A stretch of 61,844 bases of DNA, filler included, from Gonapodya sp. JEL0774 (GCA_027604505.1; 22 parts of 22 records of this genome joined end to end with filler, not necessarily neighbours in it), one strand, 5' to 3'; positions 11,218-24,170 are shown, numbered from the whole stretch's first letter. The notes: generated by a model from the sequence alone, not told the origin. Numbers and translations: made by a program.

Positions 11218-12745
11218 NNNNNNNNNNNNNNNNNNNNNNNNNNNNNNNNNNNNNNNNNNNNTTAATTAATTAANNNNNNNNNNNNNNNNNNNNNNNNNNN
11301 NNNNNNNNNNNNNNNNNCCTGAGAATTCGAATCGGCCAGTGGGATCAGGAGTGAGCGAGGAGTACTGATTGCCGAGGCACCGCAAGATTTCTTTCGTCCT
11401 CGGATCGGCGTCCTGCGATCCAAAACAAGAGGATATACGTCAATTCAAAGTCAGGGGCGCAAATACAAAGAGAAAATAGCCGTCGCACGGTTGAGAGCGC
11501 GATTTTATGCGGTCGAATGCCACCCGCGCGGGAACAGCCCCAGAGATGGTGAAGCTCACCACTGACCATCCAACAGTGAAGAGCTCGAGGCGCTGCCACT
11601 GAGCAAATTTGGTGCCCGAATGAAGAAGAGAAATGAATCGATAGCGTTTAAGGGGGAACTCTAATTTGATCGGGAATTGTGATACTCAAGCTCACGCACC
11701 TTCTGTTTAAACTCTCGGCAGCAAGTGAGATTGCGTTTTCCCCGACTGGCTCTCGTTGCCAAAGTTCCTTTGATGTAGGTCGTACAGGTGTTTGTTTTGA
11801 TGTCGTTTCTGGTTGTGATACCCGAGCTCTCTTCCCGTCCGTGGTTTCAACCCAACAGTCGTTGGAGTAGCTCCCTGCCTGTGCACCGCGCCTAAATACT
11901 GAGTGTTAATAAGCGCGCCTCGCACAAAATTCAATTTAGCTTGTGAATCACTTTATGCCCGCTCTGTACATTCGTCCTCGACCTTCTTCAGTTGTCCAGC
12001 TGGTTGGGGGTCCGGTGTGTCTGGAAACAACAATGGAAGACTGTCATGTTCCGATCACACGATCCGATTGTTCTACTTGAGCTCGCTCTGTTGTTTTACT
12101 CGAAGCACCGGTGCTCTGAAGAAGAGAGAGCTTGATCAGGTAAGGGACGAGACGAAACGTCTGGCAACTCTCACCGCCATGCCCCCGGACGCTTGCTTAT
12201 GATTGCGATGGACGCGCAAATGAGCCTTTTTAGTGAAGGATTGTTAGCTCTTGTAGGAGCGCTGTCCGCATGAAGTGATGCGAAGCTCTTACAGCAGTAC
12301 TAGTGCGTGTGCTCCAGTCGTCCTTGCCCCACTGTCCCATCCCAGACCTCCTCTTCCCCCTCTCCCAGGCGGTCTCTCCAAGAGTTGAAGCCATGATTCT
12401 CCCGCTCAGTAAATGTAATCAGCGTATACAATGAAACACTGAGCTCGCCAAGAGAACGCCAATGCTAATTGAGCTGGTTGACCACCAGTTTCGATGTTTT
12501 GTGATCTTGCTTCAAAAAAACCATTCGAAATTCGTTGCTGACTGATCATTTGGTGCGCGACTCGTTTGTTTAGCAACGAAAATTGAAGCAAAGTTACACG
12601 TCATCCGCACTTCCGCAATTACCTCTGATTGTGACACTGAATTGTACCCACACACGCGCTCGGCCAATTGTTGTTAAAGCTATGCATAAATCCATTTTAG
12701 ACTCTCTTATGTATAGGTACCACAGATAGACAAGAAGAAAGCAAT

Positions 12746-14042
12746 CTATCCCATCACGGTGTCCTCCTCGATGCTCCCGCCACTACCACCTGCCTGCCCT
12801 TCACCCACTTTCCCACTGAGATAAACCTTGCGCTCTCCCTCTGCAACAACATGCGTCTCCCATCCGGATAATTGGAAAGACCCTTGACCTAACAGCAAAT
12901 CAAGACCGTCGTTTTTCTCCACTGTGATCGGCGCTCCTGTCCGTGCGGAGGAAGTGATACGCTCTTCTTCCCAGCGACGGAATCGATTGGCTCGAATAAG
13001 GTTTCCCTGAGCAACGTCCGCTTTGGTGGGCGATCCACGTCTTCGGCGAGCGAAATAGTCCTCAGTGTTCTCGACGAAAAAGATTCGGTAGGTATTGAGA
13101 CAAATTTTCAGCTCAAGGCCGGATATCGTTTCGACATTGGTGGGTGGCTCTTCGGGGATAACGTTTGGAAGAGATCTGACGGAATACAAAACCCGTTCAC
13201 AACTTGAATACATTTGCCCGCACAGCGGAATGCAACGAACCTCTTGAGGAACGGCTCCCGGTCTCTATCCTTCCGAGCACCGATCGTCGGGGTGAGTTGT
13301 GTGAATCCCTCCACGTACAACGACCACTTCTCCTCAGAGCTGATAGTCGTATCCGCAAAGAGATCGTCCTTGCCCAGAAGTTGAACCAACAGAATCTTCT
13401 CGAGGAGAACCTAAGAAAACCGAATAGATCGATGTCAGCGAATGCCTGGTCTCGTACAAACATAACCACAGTCCAACAACGTACGTATTCCAATCTGAAC
13501 ACGCTCTCGCCTTCACCCAAAACCTTCTCTGCCTCCATCCTGTACCTCGCCTCCTGCCTTGGACTGTACACCTCTCGTTTCCTGTCCGCCCAAAACATCG
13601 TCAAGAGCTGCTGTGTCGGATGCTCCGTCAGCATCGTCTGCACGTGCTTGACGATCTGCGAAATGAGCCGGTCAACGGTGTACATGTGGTATCCCGTGGT
13701 CTGATACAACTCCCGCATATCCTCTTCAAAGGCACTGGTATAGGTGTTGGACTTTTGAGGGTCGTCGCGGAGGCGAGTGATGAGTGTCTCCACAAGGTTC
13801 AGAAGGTGATGGTAGCGGTTAGCACGAATTTTCTGGGTCGCCTCTGCAAAGAAGTAAGACGAATTTGAGCGTCAAAGCGTGTTACGGAATTGAATGGTCC
13901 AAAACTAACCATGTCTGCCCTTGTCCACGAGCCCAAGCTCGACCGCAATTGTGTTCGGATCTTTGTGGCCCCTAGTGAGCTCTTGGTCTGCAAGCTTCAT
14001 CTTCAGCATGCGGTCGTAGAGCAGCTACAAGCAAATGCCCAA
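12746..14042 (-). CDS. SIN3: Sin3 corepressor, C-terminal domain (5' partial)
   Basis: LYDRMLKMK...FEEDMRELYQTTGYHMYTVDRLISQIVKHVQ...YRMEAEKVL...VFRLEY...VQLLGKDD...EEKWSLYV...PFLKR|SL...GLELKICLNTYRIFFVENTEDYF is the Sin3a_C pattern. Confidence 0.92.
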
Positions 14043-14142
14043 NNNNNNNNNNNNNNNNNNNNNNNNNNNNNNNNNNNNNNNNNNNNTTAATTAATTAANN
14101 NNNNNNNNNNNNNNNNNNNNNNNNNNNNNNNNNNNNNNNNNN

Positions 14143-15556
14143 ACATATCTGAACAAACTCAAACAAAGGCAGAATCGGCATTGTGGATTACGATAACGTG
14201 GAACTGAGTAATCTGCAGCGCCAGATAATCCACGATGAGGAGAGAGTGGGAATGCTGAAATCTCAGTCTGCCAAGGTCGCCGTCGAAAGGTATGGTATCG
14301 GTGTCACTCCGCCATCAGTGCGCACACAAGTTTATCAATGATTCCAGATTGAATTCTAAGATTGAGTGCGTCGCATACAACTATCTTCTCGACCGATCGA
14401 CGGCACTTGAACTCGTCCAACAGTGCGTAATTTTTGCACTCATTCATCCACCGCAATACTCAACGCACTGTATCCCACAGATATGACATCATTCTCGACT
14501 GTTCAGATAATCCACCCACTCGCTATCTTCTCAACGATGCCTGCGTCCTGGCTGCCAAGCCGCTTGTGTCGGGAGCCGCTTTGCGATTCGAGGGCCAACT
14601 GACCATCTACAACCACAATGGCTCGCCATGTTATCGATGCGTGTTCCCCGCGCCACCACCAGCAGACACTGTTACGAGCTGTGGTGACGGCGGAGTGTTT
14701 GGACCTGGTATGCCGTACTACTGATCAGGTATCCGCCGTCTCCTAAAAACGTTTCCTGTTTGGTAGTTACTGGTTTGATTGGGACTCTTCAGGCTCTCGA
14801 AGCTCTCAAACTTGCCGCGGGAATCGACCCATCCTATGCCGGGAAACTGCTCATGCTTGACTCCCTTTCGGGAATCTTCCGCACAATCAAATTGCGAAGC
14901 AAGCGGAAAGATTGTGTGGCATGTGGAGAGGGAGCCACCTTGACAGACCTCTCGACCGACTATGAGATGTGGTGTGGTATGAGAGCGGATGACAAGGTAG
15001 TTGTGTTGAATGCATTTTTGGGGACACTCCGAAGTTCTAAGAAATTCACAGGCGAAGAGTTTGACAGTGCTCTCAGTTGAGGATCGGATACTTCCCGAGG
15101 ACTACTTGAAGCTTCGGACGGCTGGTCTCCCTCACGTGTTGTTGGATACACGACCTTTGGTTCAAATCAAGATTTCTGCCCTTGAGAACTCCCTCAGTGA
15201 GTTCAAGTAACAACGTCGACTTTCTCTTCAGCTCATAGATTCCGATTTCAGATATTCCCATTGAGGATCTCGAATCTCGACTTTCAGAAGTTCAAGATGC
15301 TGCTGGTGATAGTTCGGCTCCTGGAGGTCGACTCCCAAGTGAGTGCGCCTTAGATCCTTTCCCGCGAGAGAGATCAACAATGAGCTTTTCCTCTCGTGTA
15401 TGTTCAGTCTACTGCATTTGTCGACGTGGAAACGACTCCCAGCTTGCCGTTCAACTCATCCGCCAGAAGATATTGGGTGGCGGTGTGGTGAAAGATATCG
15501 TGGGTGGGTTTGAAGCATGGAGACGACGAGTGGATCCTGAGTGGCCCGAGTATTAG
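14143..15556 (+). CDS. UBA4: Adenylyltransferase/sulfurtransferase Uba4/MOCS3 (ThiF + rhodanese; 5' partial)
   Basis: [72 protein letters not shown] and rhodanese CRRGNDSQ...[20 protein letters not shown]. Confidence 0.95.
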
Positions 15557-15695
15557 TTTCCAAGGCAATGCAAATTGTTGTTGTTTGATACGATACAGAA
15601 TATGTTTTCTTGAAAACTTCATTACTACCGAAACGTTTCCGCCCACCGCATCGCTCCACCATGTTGAAAATTCTCCACAACGACCCTCTGAACGC

Positions 15696-16836
15696 TCATA
15701 CAGCGGCTTGGGCTTTCTGTTTTTCCATCTCCAGTCTGCTATATAACAAGTACAAAGCAAGCTGGTTGGCCTCGGGCGAGCCGGTGATGGTCACGAGCCT
15801 CTCACTGTTGGTTGCTTGTGCGTCCGCAATACGGATTTGGCTGCCTGATCTCTGGCGGATCTCGTTGATTTTGGCCCCGCCCTTTCCGATGATAGACCCA
15901 ACCATGTCGTTTGGGATGAAAATCTGTTGGACCTGAACTGGGACAGCTCCTCGTGGTGCCGCCGCGAGGGGTACACCTGGAGCGGGGTAGCCATATGCTG
16001 GCGAGGCGGGTTGGAACTGCTGGCGCGAGGGTGGTGCCATCGGACGGTAGGGCACGATAGCACCAGGTCGATCCTGGTTCTCAAGCAAAACTTTGCCGAT
16101 GAAGTAGACTGCCCGGTGAATGGAATCAATGACACCCGAGATTGTGACAACTCGCTCGGTAGACGACGGCAACGGGTCCTCTGAGGCAGTGATGCGCGCG
16201 ACAGACTCCTCCTGGATCTCCTTGATTTTGGACCCGGACTTTCCGATGACTGACCCCATCCGTGAGTTAGGCAGCAGGAGTCGAATACTGCAATGACGGG
16301 ATTTCACTTCCTCGCCTTCGGCAGTGCTACGCTCTGCCTCCATGAGCTCCTCGATGATTTTGGTGGCAACTAGTGCGAACGCCTTGGCGACACAGTCGAG
16401 AGTTCCCGTGATGGTTATGATCCGTTCAACCGCACCCTGGACGTGCTCGGATATAGTAACTTTTGCTCCACTGCCGCTTCGAATGTCGACGACATTCTGG
16501 TGGGCGAAGGGTCATGAACTGCAATCCATAATCACATGACAGTGGCTGGCTTACCTTGCCACCCTTCCCAATAATAACTCCAGCTTCTTTTGTCGTGATC
16601 AACGCCCTCATACTCAGAACGGGCATCGGAGGGTCCTCCTCCATATCCTTCACCTCGTCCTTCTTCTCGTCACCGTCCTGTCCCTTCACATTCCCCGTAC
16701 CCCTCGAGCCCCTGTCATCCGTCACTTGCCGTTTCACTCTCGCATCTCTTTCGTCTCGATCCGAGTCCCGGTCGCTTAAATCGTCTTTGAACGACCGCTT
16801 ACGGTCGGGACTCCTCGGGGCGGCGGCAGCAGACAT
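15696..16836 (-). CDS. Triple-KH-domain RNA-binding protein (PCBP/Rnc1/Pbp2-like)
   Basis: Three KH GxxG loops: AGVIIGKGGK, MGSVIGKSGSKIKEIQ and VGSIIGKGGAKINEIRQRSG. One intron lies in KH1. Confidence 0.92.
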
Positions 16837-17579
16837 AAGTGCAGTGGGAAATAGGATAAAGGATANNNNNNNNNNNNNNNNNNNNNNNNNNNNNNNNNNN
16901 NNNNNNNNNTTAATTAATTAANNNNNNNNNNNNNNNNNNNNNNNNNNNNNNNNNNNNNNNNNNNNTAGATGGATCGGCAAGTGTCCTGTCCGTGACCGAT
17001 GAAGATACCTGGCAGTTTCTCTCTCTCCGGTGAAATAGGATCGATGAGGAACTCAGTGAGCGAAAGGTGGGCTGAATGCGGATGATGAGAAGTCCGAGAA
17101 GTCAGCTCGATTGAATCCGTGACATCAGAAACCCTCGCAGAGCACAAACGTATGGTCAGTTGTATATCCGCGGGAACTATCGGCATGGTCCTTCGACTAG
17201 AATGGGGGATTGGGATCGTTTGGTCGCAATCAAAGTAACGCTGCCATCACTGAAGCAGAATCGTGGGTATTTCTCATTCAATCGAAACCACAACATGAGT
17301 TGTTTTGATTCTCCATAGTTTGTACTACTTCATGACACTTCTATACAATTACTATAAGTCTATCTACAGAAAGCACTTCATTTATTGTGCGAACAAACCA
17401 TCCGCGCAATGAGGAGGTGCGCATGCGCGACTTGTTCAAGGTTAACCTGTCGGGATCGAGGCAATACGTTTCGCATTATCACGATCACACAATCCCAAAC
17501 AATACCAACGAAGTTCCGTCTGCGCTTCCTTCCGCTCTTTCCTCGTGCCGTTCCTTGGTCCGTTCGCAAACATCTTGAG

Positions 17580-19134
17580 TGGGTACGTGAGAGTGTAGCT
17601 GTCGGTGGAGGCAGCACTGTTTGGGAGATTGTAGTTGCGGGAAACGGTGGTGGCAGAACAAGGAAGAACGGGAGGTTAGAGAATGCGACTGCTCGAATGA
17701 GAACAGTTTGAAGAGCGCAGGTCTGAGAGTAACATCATGGGACCCAAGAAGCACAAACGTGACCGAATTTCAACTCACATTCACGTACTGCTCAATGTCC
17801 GCATTGGTGTAGCCTGTACACAGCAATCTCTGCACCAATAGTCACTGCACCGCAGTGTCCTCCGTTCCCTGGCGCCCAGATTGGTCCAGTTGGTGACCTG
17901 CCCACACTGTCCGGTCTGAGTCCACCACGACCTATTGGTCCTAGAAACAGCGTGTCAGCGGAAGGGGCGGTCAGTCAAACGGTGAGAATGTTGGGGGGAG
18001 TAGGTAACGTGGGATACGCCTCTGCGAGGACTGTAATCGACGAGCCGGAAGGGGCCGTTGAGAATGGGGATTCGGGGGAACGCGGTAAGGCAATGAGGTA
18101 CAGTTTGGAAGTTAGAATATACCTCGGCTCACACAGTACCTTTGTCGTGTACCAGAGTGACATTGATACCAGGAAAGGGAATGCTACGGTGGTGGGGTGT
18201 GAAATGTTGGGAAGGCCGGGACGGCGATTTGGGTACACCGGGGACTTCAGAGTAGTCGGTTGGAAAGGGTTGGGGGAGGGAGGGGGAGGAGGAAGTGGAA
18301 GCTGGAGGTAGGAGTGAGGTGATAAGAGACGGGTGAAACAAGTGCGAGTGAAGCAGGTGAGTGGAAGATACCGCGTGGAGAGCATGACTGACTTGCATTT
18401 ACACCTTCATCCTTGTCAGCATATGTGTGCGAACTCACCTCAATTCCTGCACCCATCTCCTGATGCGTTCTCCCACCACGGTCGAACGCCATCCTCCGTT
18501 CTCCACGATCACTCCACCCGGGCGTCCCGGTTAATGGACATAACCTTGTTCGAAGGGTCGCCGTCAGAGAATCATTCGTTCGAGTGACATCGCAGCCCAC
18601 AGGTTATGCTGAATTCACCGTTCACTCTTGACCGAGCAATGTCGAGCCCCGCCTCCACCACCTCCTCGACCTATTAGCCACCAGACCAAATGCCGAAGTG
18701 ACGTTCGGTTGAGCTGATAGCTGGTCGAGCACACGCATGCGACAGGAAATGAAGAGGGAGCGGTCGGGACTGGAAGACGTATCACGTAGAAAGGGTGGAA
18801 GCAGCGAACGCGAAGTTGAAACTTACGTTCTTGCTTGGCTGAGTCACTATAGCGGAGCGGGTTTGGGGAAGCGGGGCAGTTGAAATGCACAGAGAGCGCC
18901 AATAGTGCACGTGGGGGAATACAGAGCTTCAGGAATCGTAAGCCAGACCATACGCCCAAGTGACAGGACTTACCGAGGAGGATGAAACCGTTTTCGTGAT
19001 AATTGATGACGGTTCCCCGTTGAGTTTATACCGGAAGGTAGCGCGACGGCTGAGAGATGAACGAGACGAGGCGGGCTCAGTGGAAACAAAAGAAACAAAG
19101 AGAAAATCACATACAACAGCACGCGAAGTACCAT
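17580..19134 (-). pseudogene. Decayed gene for a secreted or membrane protein
   Basis: The ATG exon has a signal-peptide-like MVLRVLLYVIFSLFLLFPLS and a GTAAGT donor. Downstream splice-site-flanked fragments (VEEVVEAGLDIARSRVN; IPFPGINVTLVHDK; LLCTGYTNADIEQYVN|TCALQTVL) are interrupted by stops. Confidence 0.3.
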
Positions 19135-20302
19135 GCGTGGGTGGGTACAAGGGAAGGCGACCAACGTCTATTTGAGGTCCGCTCACTGCTCGAGAACAAG
19201 TAGCTCCACGCCTCCATCCGTACCACGCACTCTAGCCATCTCACACCGAGTGCAATGGAGATGGGATTGGCGCAGGTCCCGTCCTTCATTCGGCGTCCTT
19301 GGCTTCGTGCGGGGTGGAAACAATAAGTGAATATCCGCAATGATGAAGGTCAGAGAAACCGTCTGAAGAGCGCAAGACGAAATCAATACATACTCGCAAT
19401 GCCCCCCTTATCGAGCAGCGTTCGACGTTCTCGCCTGTCGGCTACCATCCATCCTCCCCGTCCGGTCTGATGCGCTAAGTCCCACCTGATCTTCACCCAA
19501 GAACTCAATACAGTCCACCCATCCCGCCGTTGATCAACATCCCCGTTTTCCAGATTTAGAAATCGTTTCTGCAATCGTGACATTACTGCGCCAAACGGTG
19601 AAGTGGTGTCTCAGTGCTGCGGCCGACCGCGGGACACTCAGCACACGCAACCGCTGACTTTTCCTCTCCATCACTCGCTCCAATGGNNNNNNNNNNNNNN
19701 NNNNNNNNNNNNNNNNNNNNNNNNNNNNNNTTAATTAATTAANNNNNNNNNNNNNNNNNNNNNNNNNNNNNNNNNNNNNNNNNNNNGCGGTCGGTTCAAG
19801 GAATTGAAAAACGTACCGGTTCGATCGAAGAGTACAGAATGCCTTGCCGTTTGATCTCCTGTCTCAGAGTGATGCCGAATGCCTGCACGGCGTGTTTACT
19901 CGCAGCGTCAGAGTCAGTCGGATTACAGTACCTGTCGAGATCACCACTTCACCCTCATCATCCTACAAAGCCATGGATTCATTGTGATAACAAAAAAGGG
20001 AGATACGTTTGTCCCTGTTTGTTTTCAGCTCACATTTGCTGTGTTGCGTTCGTTTCCTCGCGGTGGCTGTGCACAGTGCACATGCAATACATAGACAGAA
20101 AGACACCGCAGACGGACCCGGATCCGACCACGTCTCCCATCTCCCATCTCCCCCGCGATCATCCTCCCCCTCCCCCGCTCATCCCACTCCTGCTCTCTCC
20201 CTCCTCCCTCCTCTCCCCCTTCCCCCCTTCCCCCTCCTCTCCCACGCGCGGCTCCGTTCCCGCCTCCATCCGCACCCAGTGTGTACCTGCCTCCCCACAG
20301 TA

Positions 20303-20342
20303 TTGTTTTGTTGTTTTGTTGTTTTGTTGTTTTGTTTTGTTT
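20303..20342 (+). repeat. (TTGTTTTG)4 simple repeat next to a C/T-rich tract
   Basis: Read directly from the sequence. The polypyrimidine tract spans about 20160-20245. Confidence 0.85.
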
Positions 20343-20887
20343 GACCCGTCCCAATATAATGACATCGGTCGGTGCCTCTATATAACAAACCTCCTTGTTC
20401 TGGCTCTGATTCTGGCTCAAAAACATACCATACACATCAACATAAACATAACGAGCACCGCCCCACTGCACGAGGTCGCAACTCCATAATCATGTTCGAA
20501 TACCGATTTATTCCGGCCTTGCATGGCCAAATACTCACGAATGCAACCTGCAGCACAGGCAAGGCACTGCACTCGCGCTCGCACTCGCACTACATGCCGT
20601 GGAGCTCACGGCACTCAGGCCTCCGATCTCAGTGGGTTCCCAACAAACGATCGGAGCGAGTACTGAACAATATGTACAGGCTGAGTTCGGGAGCGTGTGC
20701 GCTTCGTATTTCACCTCGAGGAGTGTACCCCTCTCACACCCCACTGTGACCGCTGTGTCCCACACACACTCACAGAACGCTTTGCTCGTTTCTACCTATT
20801 GTACAGACTGTGCGCACGCTCGGCCATCGTCAACTCATCGCCAACCGTCCCTTCACTCCTAACTCATCTTATTCAAGCTCTGAGCAC

Positions 20888-21887
20888 TCAGCACGGTTCC
20901 ACTGTCCACGCCCCCGCCCGTCTCGCGAGTCTTGCCACCAAGAGCTTGGTGCAGCACTGATGGGCCACCGTTGCCCAATACGGTACCGGCTTATATAATC
21001 CTGATCCAAAGAGTATATTGATACTGACGGTATCCCTTGGTGTAGGCGCAGGAGTCGATGCAGCGCGGTACTCAGATCTGACGTGCTCGAAAAAGAGGTA
21101 CGAGACCCCACTCAGTCCCTTTTTGTCCGCACCGTGTTTCACGCCACCATCATCACCACTCGGCCACTCCATAACCACCTCTTTGCCTGTCCTGCCCACC
21201 ATCCTCCACACCAACACTCGATCCCCGACTGAAAACGGGCACTGCGCGATGTCTGCACGCCGGGTGAGAGTACTCCGAGACATGGGGAACACTACGTTGT
21301 TAGAAGTCGCAGCGTAAGCGACTGGATCACTTGGATTATGCACCGGCACAATCTTTGGAGACCAACTCCATTGGGAGCACATCACCCAATGGACTTTAGG
21401 ACTTACGGGAAGATAACTGATGGGGAGATTAGAAATAGACCGAGGGATATAAAAGCAGAGAAAACCTCATATGTATTCGGTGACTTTTACAATCAAAGAT
21501 CTACTCTAAGGGTGAACCTCTGCCCGACTCTGTCCAGTCAACTACCATTGCAGCAACTCGCGACAACATACGTTGGGGAGGAAAATGCGGATTGTCAGCT
21601 CTGGAGCGAACATGGCGCACGTGAAGAGTGACCGGGCGATGTGTGTGGTGACGGATTCGTCATATGAATTGATCCCGATCGCGAATGCTCCGTCCGACTC
21701 GGCTGGCGCTGGAATCCGTAGCGTGCACCGTACAGCGAAGCAATCTCGATACAACAGACCTCTGGTCCTGTCGAGTAAGGAACCGGGGGGCCACCGGGAA
21801 TGCCCGGACATTTCGGGTGAAGATGAAAACGGCAAGTGGGGTGGTGGAGAGAGCAGCGATGCCAGCGAAGGAGAGGAGAGACGGCAT
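20888..21887 (-). pseudogene. DUF2867-like protein with a 1-nt frameshift (pseudogene or assembly indel)
   Basis: MPSLLSFAGIAAL...TRNVRAFPV /+1/ PPGSLLDRTRGLLYRDCFAV...ARSLFTCAMFAPEL...|LSS|LAYAA...FSVGDRVLVWRMVGRTGKEVVMEW...SYL...ILFGSGL...H..TKLLVA. The family is assigned from remembered motif order, not a search. Confidence 0.5.
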
Positions 21888-22328
21888 GGAGACGTTCCAA
21901 GTAGTCAGCACAGTGAAAAAGACGGAGCACAAACGTGTTTGTTTACGATTCGTCGATGGCCGGTGAGGCCCGAGCACTGCGCCGTACCCCAAGTTCCACA
22001 GTCTCTCATACATACTTATCCGATTTTCCGGCATGCCAGACAGATGTGAGCGACATGCAAAAAGCTTTACGTGATCCATGCGCTGGTGTCGTATGGGGTT
22101 GTCTGTCGTGAGAGTGTGCCTGTTTTACATGTTGTCTGTAGGTTACTGAACCTAATTTATGGCTTTCCGGGGGTACAATACAAACATATACTGCACTGGC
22201 ATCACATCCTATCTCTGTTCTGTTACGCTGCATTCTCTTGTATGAAAGAGGGAGCACTTTGGCCAAGTCGGTGTGCACGGTGCGTCTGGAGTTTCTCCGG
22301 TTCCAATCACTCCCCCGAACAAAGCCCC

Positions 22329-22507
22329 ATGGCCACTTTCAAAGACCGCGCTCTCATAGACGCCGTCGAAAACTCGGACCTCGATGGCGTGACCAAGGCC
22401 CTCCGGGACGGCGCGGACCCGAACGCGAGGAAGAGGGTGACGCTCACGGTCGATCACACAAAGCTCGGACGACTTACGGACAGCATCTTGGCGGAGCCGG
22501 CAATCGT
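22329..22507 (+). CDS. Ankyrin-repeat protein, N-terminus (3' partial)
   Basis: MATFKDRALIDAVENSDLDGVTKALRDGADPNARKRVTLTV...ILAEPAI carries an ankyrin helix pair with GADPN. Confidence 0.75.
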
Positions 22508-22607
22508 NNNNNNNNNNNNNNNNNNNNNNNNNNNNNNNNNNNNNNNNNNNNTTAATTAATTAANNNNNNNNNNNNNNNNNNNNNNNNNNNNNNNNNNNNN
22601 NNNNNNN

Positions 22608-23479
22608 TTTGGGGTGTTGTTACGGTATAGTGTGGTCGTGGCAATCGGTGGGGACAAGGTCAGACAAGAGGTTGCGATAGAGGAGCCACCACTCCGACTA
22701 TCACCGTGACGCACGTAACGTACGGTGGTCCTCCGACGACCTTCCGTTCAATGAACACGCGACTCACTTCAGGTATCCCACGCTCAGTTCCACCGAGTTG
22801 GTCGTGTCGAGCTTTTCACTGCCCCCTGCGAGCGTCTTTATTGCAAATGTGGTCACGTTGTCCACAAGAGTGGCGATGAGGCCGCCCTATGTTGATTAGA
22901 TAAGGATGTGGAGGGGCAGTAAGGGTAGGAACGGGGGGCGGGCGGATGGGGAGGCACGATAAACTTACGTGGAGTGTGCCGTATGCATTCTTGGATTGGG
23001 CAGCAGTCGCGAGGAATGTCATGAGAGGTCGACAATATGCCGGATCAGTGGGTTATCTCCTTCGTCGTCATCACGGATGTCCAACTCACCAAATGCCTCT
23101 GATGACCAATTGCCCACCCAGTGCACCAGTTGAATATAAGCCCGTCAGTCACTAAACAACCACCAATAGACTCTGACTCGGAAACCCGCCCACCTTCTCA
23201 ACCACCATCTGAGCCCACACCCGCCCCTTCTCCGCAGCGACCACCTTGATCGCCCCGCCACTAAACATGGTTGGGTCTGGACCGAAAAATGCGGCATAAG
23301 CCAGCGTTAAATAAAGCACTGCGCGGTCCTGATGACCCCAAAAGACTGAAAAACGTACCGTACCCATATCCCACCCCTTCACTCCATATGGCAACGTACT
23401 TCTGCACATCGGCAGTGATGTCAACGTCGCCGGTAAATGGCGCTGGTTTGAGGGGCGGAGGTTGCGGGATGGCGGTCAT
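22608..23479 (-). CDS. Hotdog-fold acyl-CoA thioesterase (PaaI/ACOT13-THEM2 family; 3' partial)
   Basis: Exons splice to ...GYGY|DPTMFSGGAIKVVAAEKGRVWAQMVVEK|RHL|NAYGTLH|GGLIATLVDNVTTFAI...NSVELSVGYL, containing the N..GTLHGG..ATLVD signature. Confidence 0.9.
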
Positions 23480-23866
23480 GGATGCTGTTAGGGGGAAGGA
23501 GGGAGGGTTGAAGACAGCGGCACAGGAAGTTGAGCCGGTTTAGCCGGATTATGGGAAGGGAACACCGGGTCACTACGTTTGTGTTTGAATCAAATGAGTG
23601 TGGAAACATAACCAGAAACGTTTATTTGGTGGTGAAAAGTAGTGCTGGATCCGGGTGGTCACACCCATATGATGTCCTGAGTTATAGCAGTAGTACTACT
23701 GGGCACACCTGGGTACAGTTGATTATAAACACATATGGAGACGTTCAGTTGCAGGGGCGTATGCATGAGTGTCACGTTCTAGATTATTGCTGAACGTTTC
23801 GGTGCTCACGCACCATTGCTGGGCAAGTCCTCCAAACCTCAAATTTGGACCCATCATCACAAACGA

Positions 23867-24170
23867 ATGTCCTCCCTCACGGAGCTCCCGCCCGAGATCC
23901 TCACGTACATCATCCGTCTTCTTCCACCTTGCACTTTCTATACTCCCGTAAACCGCCTCTCTCGCAAGTTTCGGTGTCTTGTCGAGATCTCAATCCCAGG
24001 TGTACACGTCACCACACCGCGATCCAACTCGCATTGCGATTCCACGATGAGCGCATTGAAGAAATCATTGTAAGGCCTCAGGAAATAGAGTACCTGACCG
24101 CTTGGGAGCTTGTGCAAGTCGTGGATGGAGCGGGAGGGGTTTGAATGGCATGGGCTGGGCTGGCGATCAC
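23867..24170 (+). pseudogene. Truncated, frameshifted F-box gene
   Basis: MSSLTELPPEILTYIIRLLP...VNRLSRKFRCLV is an F-box motif. The frame ends after 68 aa and continues only via a frameshift and stops. Confidence 0.6.

Noticed and set aside
11318..12200. Minus-strand splice-site-flanked fragments
   Set aside because: I could not fix a single reading frame or recognise a domain.
20025..20489. Overlapping ORFs rich in Gly/Glu or Pro
   Set aside because: They are products of polypyrimidine and TTG simple repeats.
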